A stretch of DNA of 37,023 nucleotides from an uncultured archaeon (GTDB lineage: Archaea; Thermoplasmatota; Penumbrarchaeia; JASLWR01). A program made the translations under genes and the position numbers. Shown piece by piece: positions 1 through 7,099 of the stretch; the stretch's first letter is position 1, and each line of letters begins with the position of its first letter. The notes beneath the pieces are model-generated. The model made no database searches. It had not been told where the DNA came from and saw only the letters and a list, made by a program, of their open reading frames with translations. The stretch lies in the NCBI GenBank assembly GCA_964342815.1, contig CAYFHS010000041.1, forward strand, positions 1 to 37,023, read 5' to 3'.

Positions 1-276
1 GGCTCCGCTTTTCTATTATGTTATGTGCAATGTTGTGTGCAGGACTGCATATAATTACTATTGTTTGCCTATCTGCATGATCTGCCTTTCGTCAAGAATC
101 GGTTGGGTGATGCCCCCGTTTTCCACTTGTGTCGTATCGTCACAGTCTGAGAGTGGTGATGATCTCCGCATATGGGACGGGAGCGTTTTATATTTTTTTT
201 GAGGCTGTTGGGGTTTTTCGTTTTTGCTGTTACCATCGAAATTTATATAATTATTATGTGCAGTACTGCACATAAT
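1..276 (+). repeat. Mosaic repeat block 1: palindrome variant (32-55), 34-bp hairpin motif (123-156), perfect 24-bp palindrome (253-276)
   Basis: ATTATGTGCAGTACTGCACATAAT at 253-276 is a perfect palindrome. 39-157 matches 1601-1719 with about 8 mismatches. 1-29 is identical to 4380-4408. Confidence 0.9.
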
Positions 277-580
277 GAAAGGCGTAATTATCATATTCCG
301 GTTACCTCCTAAAATCAGGAATGCAGAAATCTCGAAGTTCTGCCAAAAGTTCTACGGCCAGGACAGTTCGTCACACAGGGGAAAATATAGATATCACCGC
401 AGAGGCTTACTTGATAGTACCCCTTACCGGAAACTTGCTCGTGGTGTGATAGTACTGCGCGCAATAGATCTTGACGTAGTTGTTGAATTTCTCAACGATT
501 ACACAAACGAGATTCACATACGGGAGATAAAGCTATCTGAGTATGACACGGAATTATTACAAACCGATACTCTTCTGTAA
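275..580 (+). CDS. Unknown 101-aa protein (ORF X1), possibly Cas2/VapD-like ferredoxin fold
   Basis: Intact ORF with a paralog at 4421-4726 (10 of 101 residues differ). The ATG overlaps the end of the palindrome. The fold is only a guess from the hydrophobic pattern. Confidence 0.8.
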   Translation: MKGVIIIFRLPPKIRNAEISKFCQKFYGQDSSSHRGKYRYHRRGLLDSTPYRKLARGVIVLRAIDLDVVVEFLNDYTNEIHIREIKLSEYDTELLQTDTLL

Positions 581-645
581 AAATGTCCAATTATTCCTAA
601 ACTATCTCATCGTAGGGTTATCCGATTCCCTTGAACAATCAATTA

Positions 646-1062
646 TTATCGATCTAATAATACTTTCTCTGCTTCTTTAGGAGTGAGAATAATAACTCTA
701 TCAGTAACAACAGAACTAAATTCCTTGTCGCTGCTAAGAAGATAATCAATGTCTGTAAGCATTCCACAGGCCAATACCGGTGCATCCTTTTTACTGATAA
801 GTTTTATTGCTGAACGGAGATTTCCGATATATTCTTCTTTTTTCTTTACAATGAAGAATGAAATGAATTCATCAAGTCGCGATAACGCATTGTTTCTCGC
901 TTTTCCGGATAATTTTTCTGAAAAATTCCTTCTTAATTCTTCGATTATATAATCACTCAGAACGATGGTATGTTTCTCGATAATAAGATCTAGTAGCATG
1001 GAGACCTTGCCGGAGTGACCAATTGCCGAATACATCGTTGATGAATCCACGAGAATATTCAT
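646..1062 (-). CDS. PIN-domain (VapC-like) toxin
   Basis: Acidic PIN residues in ILVDSS, IIEEL, KKDAPV and SSDKEF. It lies downstream of an RHH antitoxin. The ATG at 1062 was preferred over the ORF-track start at 1086. Confidence 0.85.
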   Translation of the reverse strand: MNILVDSSTMYSAIGHSGKVSMLLDLIIEKHTIVLSDYIIEELRRNFSEKLSGKARNNALSRLDEFISFFIVKKKEEYIGNLRSAIKLISKKDAPVLACGMLTDIDYLLSSDKEFSSVVTDRVIILTPKEAEKVLLDR

Positions 1063-1118
1063 TTGGCGTCCTTGACAAGTCACCACTTGTCAAGTGTGAC
1101 ACGCCGCAAGGTGTGTCT

Positions 1119-1367
1119 TCATCCGAACATTTCCACAAAAAGTCTCTTTCGGACTTCAATCCCCCCTTCCAGAAGTTCTTCTTCTGTTAAACCCTCATCC
1201 TTTATGATCTTTCTTAATTCGGAAAGGGACCTGATCATCTCGGCTTTTCTAACAGCATCCCTTATGAATTCAGCCCGGGAAGGAAAGTCTCCATCTTCGA
1301 TATAACTGTCAATTCTCTTAAGCTCTTCAGGAGGAAATCTAACCTGGATTGATACCATTTGACTCAT
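1119..1367 (-). CDS. Ribbon-helix-helix (CopG-like) antitoxin
   Basis: VSIQVRFPPEELKRID...FPSRAEFIRDAVR is an RHH pattern. It sits directly upstream of the PIN gene. Confidence 0.85.
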   Translation of the reverse strand: MSQMVSIQVRFPPEELKRIDSYIEDGDFPSRAEFIRDAVRKAEMIRSLSELRKIIKDEGLTEEELLEGGIEVRKRLFVEMFG

Positions 1368-1530
1368 ATGATTGTAATTGAATTCAATCACATAAATATC
1401 TTTTGGTTGAAATCGTATAAACATCGATTATGTTTTCATCTTATTCTGAATAATTCTCAAAATTCTGCCACATTCTTATTACCCTCTCACGTTATCTACG
1501 AGTATTGACTATCTCTCCCTATCTGGCAGC

Positions 1531-1896
1531 CGTGTCTCCCATGCCTCTAAACCCCCCCCAACTCAGCCCGGCTCCCCTTGTCCCGTCGCTTTAGTTATGA
1601 GCAGTACTGCACATAATTACTATTGTTTGCCTATCTGCATAATCTGCCTTTCGTCAAGAATAGGTTGGGTGATGCCCCCGTTTTCCACTTGTGTTGCATC
1701 GTCACCGTCTGCGAGTGGTTGCTCTGTGTGATCTACCGGGTAGGAGTGTCTCCCGGTTATGCTCACAGGGCCGTCCGGGATTGTTGGTTTTGATAGGATT
1801 TGGTACTGTGGTTTGATGGTGTGTGATTCTATGGGGTCTGGTGGGTTTGAAGAGTTCTGTAGGTATTTAAGATGTTGTGCGCAGAATGCGCACAAC
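1531..1896 (+). repeat. Mosaic repeat block 2
   Basis: CGTGTCTCCCATGCCT at 1531, palindrome at 1594-1617, hairpin motif at 1685-1718, type II palindrome at 1874-1896. Confidence 0.85.
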
Positions 1897-1988
1897 AGAT
1901 GGGATCGAGGATTGAAAAAAGACGAGATTAAATTGGAAAGTACTATAAGCCGCATCAAACATATATTTTACAGAAGAAAGGTGTCAGA

Positions 1989-2270
1989 ATGGACGTTATA
2001 GGTTTCTTGAGATAAAAGGGAGCTGGCATCCGGGAACGCTACGGAGTCCGTAGGATCGGCGTGTATGGTTCATATTCAACCGGAACTCCGAACCAGGACA
2101 GCGATATCGACATACTCGTCGAGTTCTCTGAACCCACTTTCGATAACTTCATGGATCTTGCGTTCTATCTCGAAGAGGCATTGAAAAGGGAAGTGGATCT
2201 TGTTACTCCAAAAGGTCTGAGCCCGTATCTGCGGCGAACTATCGAAAAAGAGGTGGTCTGGTGTGGATAG
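1989..2270 (+). pseudogene. Minimal nucleotidyltransferase (MNT) antitoxin with premature stop
   Basis: Reads MDVIGFLR*KGAGIRERYGVRRIGVYGSYSTG...DSDIDILVEF, with GS and DxD motifs. In-frame TAA at 2013-2015. Confidence 0.85.
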
Positions 2271-2364
2271 GGATGTGATTTTTCTAAAACACATTCTTGA
2301 TGAATGCCGATTTCTATTGACCAATTGTTACGGTATGACCGTCAGGAGGGGGGCAATGAGGTAA
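2263..2364 (+). pseudogene. Truncated HEPN (DUF86-like) toxin remnant
   Basis: The GTG overlaps the MNT stop. DRDVIFLKHILDECRFLL resembles the N-terminus of MNT-associated HEPN toxins. The frame ends after 33 codons with no RxxxxH motif. Confidence 0.6.
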
Positions 2365-2432
2365 TGGGCTCGGACTGAGGGAGAATTGAAGGATTTGTGT
2401 GATATAATTCAATCTCTAAGAATATTCAAAGG

Positions 2433-2711
2433 TCATTTCTTATAGGCTTTTTTTCTGTGTATCACGGTGGTGATCTTCACTATTTTTTCGGTTTGATTCA
2501 GATCATATAGAATACGATATTTTCCAAGTCGAACTCTGAAGATATCCACATGACCTTTGAGTCGTTTGATATCCACTCCCGGACGCCTATGGAAAGGATC
2601 TACTTCCAGTTCGTCCATTATGGCAATGAATTTTTGGATGATATTTTCCGGGACTTTCTTTAGGTCTTTTTCGACCCTTGCATCTACAAGGACGGTGTAT
2701 GGTCCGACCAC
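2433..2711 (-). CDS. relE: RelE/ParE-family toxin
   Basis: DIKRLKG...FRVRLGKYRILY...HRKKAY pattern, 92 aa, downstream of a small antitoxin-like ORF. Confidence 0.9.
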   Translation of the reverse strand: MVGPYTVLVDARVEKDLKKVPENIIQKFIAIMDELEVDPFHRRPGVDIKRLKGHVDIFRVRLGKYRILYDLNQTEKIVKITTVIHRKKAYKK

Positions 2712-2720
2712 AACATCACC

Positions 2721-2939
2721 CTATGTTGATTGCCTCAACCGCTTTTTAAAATCATCCTTCGAAACAGCCTGAAACGTATGGAGTCGTTCCCGGTGTTTTC
2801 GAACATGCTCTTCGGCCAGTTCTTCCAGGGTTATTGCATCCATGAAATAGGTAAGAAGGTCGTCATAGGTCATCGAACCCATCTTGTAATCATTGAGACG
2901 TTGCTTTGTTTCATCATGAATACTTATCGTAGTGGTCAT
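2721..2939 (-). CDS. Putative antitoxin partner of RelE (72 aa)
   Basis: MTTTISIHDETKQRL...TYDDLL is an RHH-like N-terminus. It ends 9 bp before the relE start. Confidence 0.75.
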   Translation of the reverse strand: MTTTISIHDETKQRLNDYKMGSMTYDDLLTYFMDAITLEELAEEHVRKHRERLHTFQAVSKDDFKKRLRQST

Positions 2940-3078
2940 AATTAAATAAATGTTTTTAATATTTATAATAGTTTCTATTATTACTGTTACTCTGGAAAAC
3001 GCAAATTGAGTTAAGTTTTGTGTTGTCATGATTGGTATGGGAAGGTACATCGCGGGATACTGAGGAGGAGTGAGAAGA

Positions 3079-3137
3079 TTATCCTACCTTTTCCCGACTC
3101 TCACCGATCGCCTTTGCCACATCGACCTTATTGATCT
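3079..3137 (-). pseudogene. Remnant of the 3' end of an AbrB-type antitoxin gene
   Basis: 55 of 59 bp are identical to 6602-6660. Confidence 0.8.
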
Positions 3138-3242
3138 AAATATTTTTACAAATCATTATTCTCCAAATAACGATTATGCATTACGTACTAAACCCCCCCC
3201 CGATATCTGCAATTATAGATCATATCCACCCTTGTAGCTAGT

Positions 3243-3648
3243 CGTGTCTCCCATGCCTGCTAACTCGATCATGGGATCGTCCGGCTCTCAAGGCTTTTGT
3301 ATTATGTTATGTGCACATAATTTTCTATTACTATTGGTTGATACCCCTCATTTCCCACTTGCGTCGTTTCGTCACGGTCTGCGAGTTGTGATTATCTCTG
3401 CATTTGGGGCGGGAGGGCCATATATTTGTCTTGAGACTGTTGGGGTTTTAGGTTATAGGGTTTGGGTTGTTTTTGGTTATGTGCAGTACTGCACGTAATT
3501 TCTTATTACCAATCTCTGTATCCCCGTTTTCCACTTGTGTCGTATCGTTAAGGTCTGCGAGTGGCGGTTATGTACTTGTTTGGGATAGGGTGATATTATG
3601 CATAAATTCGAGTTTAAAGAAAGATATTGTGCGTATTATATACACAAC
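3243..3648 (+). repeat. Mosaic repeat block 3
   Basis: CGTGTCTCCCATGCCT at 3243, collapsed palindrome at 3307-3320, hairpin motifs at 3355-3388 and 3531-3564, palindrome at 3476-3499, degenerate type II palindrome at 3626-3648. Confidence 0.9.
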
Positions 3649-3687
3649 CGGCTTTCTTCCTTTACTTCAATAAATATATTTCGACTC

Positions 3688-3701
3688 AAAAAGATTAAAT
3701 A
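3688..3701 (+). promoter_or_regulatory. Archaeal BRE/TATA-like promoter of hicBA, probably leaderless
   Basis: AAAAAGA-TTAAATA ends about 24 bp upstream of the ATG at 3725. Confidence 0.55.
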
Positions 3702-3724
3702 TTGATTTCGTGTTTATTACACAC

Positions 3725-3931
3725 ATGAGAAAATACACCATGATTATCGAGAGGGACGAAGAAGAATGGTTTATCTCCGAGGTGGTGGAATTGCCAGGGT
3801 GCCATACTCAGGCTAGGAGTTTGGATCAGTTGATCGAACGTACAAAAGAGGCGATTGAAGTTTATCTCGCGAGTATGGACGAACCTATTGTTTTTGATGA
3901 ATTTGTAGGTGTTCAACAAGTTGAGGTGTGA
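3725..3931 (+). CDS. hicB: HicB-family antitoxin (short form)
   Basis: YTMIIERDEEEWFISEVVELPGCHTQARSLDQLIERTKEAI is the typical HicB pattern. Confidence 0.9.
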   Translation: MRKYTMIIERDEEEWFISEVVELPGCHTQARSLDQLIERTKEAIEVYLASMDEPIVFDEFVGVQQVEV

Positions 3932-3934
3932 GTG

Positions 3935-4162
3935 TTGACGTAACTGCCACGATTAACAGGCAGGGAATTATCGAAAATCGTGGGAAAATTCGGCTTTGTA
4001 CATATCAGAACCATCGGTAGTCATATGCTTTTTAAACATCCGGATGGTAGAAGAACTACAATCCCCTGCCATTCTGGTGAAGTGATCGGTCCTGGACTGT
4101 TGAACAAGATAATAAAGAAAGATCTGAGGATGACCAGAGAGGAATTTATAGAAAAAATATAA
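3935..4162 (+). pseudogene. hicA: HicA-family mRNA interferase with a stop at codon 3
   Basis: TTG ACG TAA CTG CCA CGA... reads MT*LPRLTGRELSKIVGKFGF...GSHMLFKHPDGRRTTIP, with the GSH motif present. A restart at GTG 3980 is possible. Confidence 0.8.
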
Positions 4163-4422
4163 AACTCCCCCTTTCCCCAAACTCACCTCACAACACAACC
4201 CGGCTCCCCTTGCCCCATCATCAACAAAAAATTACGAGACCCCCATTCCCCCTTGCTTCACTTTACTATCGTCCTGCGAGTGGTGATTATCTCCGCACTT
4301 TCGGGCGGGAGCGTTTTATATTTTTTTTGAGGCTGTTGGCGTGTCTCCCATGCCTGCTAGCTCGTTCACGGGTTCGTCCGGCTCCGCTTTTCTATTATGT
4401 TATGTGCAGTACTGCACATAAT
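4163..4422 (+). repeat. Mosaic repeat block 4 (left part)
   Basis: CCCGGCTCCCCTTG motif, partial hairpin motif CTGCGAGTGG at 4274-4283, CGTGTCTCCCATGCCT at 4340, palindrome at 4399-4422. Confidence 0.85.
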
Positions 4423-4726
4423 GAACGGCGTAATTATCATATTCCGATTACCTCCTAAAATCAGGAACACTGAGATATCGAAGTTCTGCCAGAAGTTCTA
4501 CGGCCAGGACAGTTCGTCTCATGGAGGGAAATATCGCTATCACCGTAGAGGCTTACTTGATAGTATTCCATACAGGAAACTTGCTCGTGGTGTGATACTA
4601 CTGCGCTCGGCGGATCTTGATGTAGTTGTTGAATTTCTCAAAGATTACACAAACGAGATTCACATACGGGAGATAAAGCTATCTGAGTATGACGGGGAAT
4701 TATTACAAACAGATAATCTTTTGTAA
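4421..4726 (+). CDS. Unknown 101-aa protein (ORF X2), paralog of X1
   Basis: About 90% amino-acid identity to 275-580. The ATG at 4421 overlaps the palindrome end exactly as in X1; the ORF-track start at 4397 is an extension. Confidence 0.8.
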   Translation: MNGVIIIFRLPPKIRNTEISKFCQKFYGQDSSSHGGKYRYHRRGLLDSIPYRKLARGVILLRSADLDVVVEFLKDYTNEIHIREIKLSEYDGELLQTDNLL

Positions 4727-4736
4727 CAGACTTTCT

Positions 4737-4989
4737 TAATTATTTATTACCAATCTCTGTGTACCCGTTTTCCGCTTGTGTCGTATAGTTATAGTCTGCA
4801 AGTGGCGGTTATGCGTGGGTTTAGGGCAGGGTGCGCCGTATTATAATTCTCACTATGGTGAAATTGGACGTGTGAAATTCTTGGAATGGACGGAGTAATT
4901 TGTATGTGGTGTAAGTGCTTCAAGAAGATCGGTGTGCTATGAAAAACTTTGGTTTTAACGAAAGATGTTGTGCACGAGTAGTGAACAAC
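4737..4989 (+). repeat. Mosaic repeat block 4 (right part)
   Basis: 4737-4813 is colinear with 3496-3572. Hairpin motif at 4772-4805, type II palindrome at 4967-4989. Confidence 0.85.
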
Positions 4990-5001
4990 CACCAGGAGGC
5001 A

Positions 5002-5409
5002 TTATATTATTAAATGTCTGATTTCACCTGTATTGTAGACCAAAACCGAATTCTGACCATTTTTCAGGCTTTTGTCATTTGACCATATCGGAATATGAAG
5101 TTTCAATGCGAGAGCGATGTAGGGAACGTCTTTCACGTCCGGTGAGATTTTTATTGCTTCCTCTACATAGGGCTGGATCTCTTCGATGGGAACGAGTATA
5201 ATCCTTCGCCTGAGAACCTCCAATAATTCATCGAAATCGTCATTGCTTCTTCTGGTTTTTTTCATCAAATATACACGATATTCTTCAAACTCGTAAAATA
5301 GATAATCTGGAGCATGGAGTTGAAAATCCTCTCTGAATAAAAGCTCAGAGGTTAGACCTTCAGTGATCAGGGCTGCAAATAGAATATTTGCATCAACAAT
5401 GAGGTCCAT
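5002..5409 (-). CDS. PIN-domain (VapC-like) toxin
   Basis: LIVDANIL, YEFEE, DVKDVPY and WSNDK supply the acidic PIN residues. Confidence 0.9.
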   Translation of the reverse strand: MDLIVDANILFAALITEGLTSELLFREDFQLHAPDYLFYEFEEYRVYLMKKTRRSNDDFDELLEVLRRRIILVPIEEIQPYVEEAIKISPDVKDVPYIALALKLHIPIWSNDKSLKNGQNSVLVYNTGEIRHLII

Positions 5410-5419
5410 AAAGGCTCCC

Positions 5420-5644
5420 TCATTCCCCGATATAATGCTTGGCAAGTTTCTTGTTCAGTTCGGCACCCAGCTTAATTGCTTCCTCTTCCGTCAGTGTGCT
5501 CTGTGCCTTGAATCGACGTAAGAATTCCAAATCTATTATCTTTTGCCTGATTGCCTGGCGTGCAACTTCCGACCAGTTGATTTCAGGGAACTCTTCCATT
5601 CTCTGTTTCATTTCATTGGGGACTGCAAGGGTCATGGTTACCAT
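5420..5644 (-). CDS. VapB-like RHH antitoxin
   Basis: MVTMTLAVPNEMKQRMEEFPEINWSEVARQAI matches an archaeal antitoxin pattern. It lies upstream of the PIN gene. Confidence 0.85.
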   Translation of the reverse strand: MVTMTLAVPNEMKQRMEEFPEINWSEVARQAIRQKIIDLEFLRRFKAQSTLTEEEAIKLGAELNKKLAKHYIGE

Positions 5645-5826
5645 TGTCTTAATCTCCTTGAACTGTGTAATTATATATATTATGTGTAATTATATAAATC
5701 TATTTCTGATATTTTCCTCGATTTTTTTCGATAAATAAACCATCGTTATGCATTCTCAAATTCGTGAAAACCGATATTTTATTGGTTTATGCGAAGTCGT
5801 GTTCTTCGTTTGTACTATCATGTGGC

Positions 5827-6135
5827 CGTCTGCCCCATGCCTCCAAAATCACCTCACAACTTCGTCCGGCTCCCCTTTGCCCATCACCAAAGGGAGCACA
5901 TTTTTTATTTTAAAATGGGCGACTTAGAAGTGAACCGAAGGTTTACCTTCGCTAAGTACGATGCCCCCATTCCTACTTTTGTCGTATCGTCACAGTCTGC
6001 GAGTGGTGATCATCTCCGCATTTGGGGCGCGAGCCATATATTTGTCTTGAGGCTGTTGGTTTTTTTTATATGTGTTTGGTTATGTGCAGTACTGCACGTA
6101 ATTTCTTATTACCAATCTCTGTATCCCCGTTTTCC
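5827..6135 (+). repeat. Mosaic repeat block 5
   Basis: CGTCTGCCCCATGCCT at 5827, hairpin motif at 5973-6006, palindrome at 6079-6102. About 58 bp around the palindrome are identical to 3472-3529. Confidence 0.9.
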
Positions 6136-6208
6136 ACCTTTTTCATCAGTTCACGGTCAGCGATCCGTTTTAATAATCCCCGATCATCTGCACTTGAAGT
6201 AAAACTTC

Positions 6209-6598
6209 CTACAATTCGTTTGCACCCCGAATTTCTATGCCCATGTATCTCTTGAGATCACGGAGGTGTTTATCCCCCGATACAATAAGATCTACTTTTC
6301 CCGAATAGGCAGCTTCTAGTATCATATTATCTGTAGGATCCTCTTTGATGATGTCGATCTTCCTTGTTGGAAAAACAACTTCTGAAAATATAAGAATCTC
6401 TTCAACGTATGCATTGATCTTGTCGTTCGGAACTTCAAATTTCTCAAGAAGTACCCTTTCTACCTCGTCTAATATCGAAGGTGACGTTATTAACTGGTAA
6501 TTGCCTTTTTTACAATCATATAGAACTCAACGTTCATTTCCGTTCCAGAAAAAAGCGGAGATATAAATATTCGTATCGAGTACCAATTTCTTGTACAA
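6209..6598 (-). pseudogene. PIN-domain toxin with in-frame TGA (absent from the ORF track)
   Basis: TTG start after GGAGG. Reads MYKKLVLDTNIYISAFFWNGNER*VL...EDPTDNMILEAA...IVSGDKHL. TGA at 6527-6529; 130 codons in total. Confidence 0.9.
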
Positions 6599-6601
6599 AA
6601 C

Positions 6602-6868
6602 CTATCCTCCCTTTTCCCGACTCTCAGCGATCGCCTTTGCCACATCGACCTTTTTGATCTTTTTCCGCTTTGCGAATTCTTCGCCCCATTTCAAGAGTGC
6701 TTCGAATTCATTTTTGGAAGGAACATTCAACCTTTTCAACACTATGGTATCATCGTTTCCAAACATTGCGAATATTTCACCCGAGGATATTCCAAGTAAT
6801 TCCCTTAATCTTTTTGGAACAACTATCTGACCCTTCGATGACATTTTCGTGATGGCCACTTCACTCAT
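6602..6868 (-). CDS. AbrB/MazE/SpoVT-family antitoxin
   Basis: TKMSSKGQIVVPKRLRELLGI..GE motif, directly upstream of the PIN pseudogene. Confidence 0.9.
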   Translation of the reverse strand: MSEVAITKMSSKGQIVVPKRLRELLGISSGEIFAMFGNDDTIVLKRLNVPSKNEFEALLKWGEEFAKRKKIKKVDVAKAIAESREKGG

Positions 6869-6961
6869 TGTTAGCACCTACTTATAGTAAGATAATAAGA
6901 CTATCTTACTATTTAGTTTTATTGAATATCTTGTTTTTTTTTTTTAAAAACGCTCCTTTAA

Positions 6962-7045
6962 TCCTTTTCCTCCCCCAAACTCTGCAAATTCTTTTCATCC
7001 TCAATCCCCACTCCCCGGCTCTCCGTCCACTTCGCTCCCCATCAA
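6962..7045 (+). repeat. Degenerate partial repeat (C-rich tract plus CCCGGCTC motif)
   Basis: CCCCCAAACTC...CCCCGGCTC resembles 4170-4215 and 1550-1580. Confidence 0.45.
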
Positions 7046-7099
7046 TATTGGTGTGGTGCTGTACCGGTACTTCGTGACTATCTAACATAATTTTCATAA

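Noticed and set aside
253-276. Palindrome as a Xer dif site (GCACATAA resembles the XerC arm GCGCATAA)
   Set aside because: Arm orientation is inverted relative to dif (CATAA-N6-TTATG), and no consistent second arm follows 6 bp downstream.
58-1958. Minus-strand ORFs 58-294 and 1620-1958 sharing the C-terminus TQVENGGITQPILDERQIMQIGKQ
   Set aside because: The shared peptide is the reverse translation of the ~120-bp direct repeat. The N-termini are unrelated and other repeat copies do not keep the frame.
32-6102. Repeats as canonical integron attC sites (GTTATGT / ACATAAT resemble core and inverse-core sites)
   Set aside because: The GTT and AAY ends face each other within a 24-bp palindrome instead of enclosing a long R''-L''-L'-R' hairpin. 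Gene orientation is mixed and no intI is present. Kept only as an analogy.
2013-6529. Stop-codon reassignment or selenocysteine explaining in-frame TAA/TAA/TGA
   Set aside because: TAA and TGA end many ordinary genes in this window, and the TGA is not at a Cys-type catalytic position. Point nonsense mutations are simpler.
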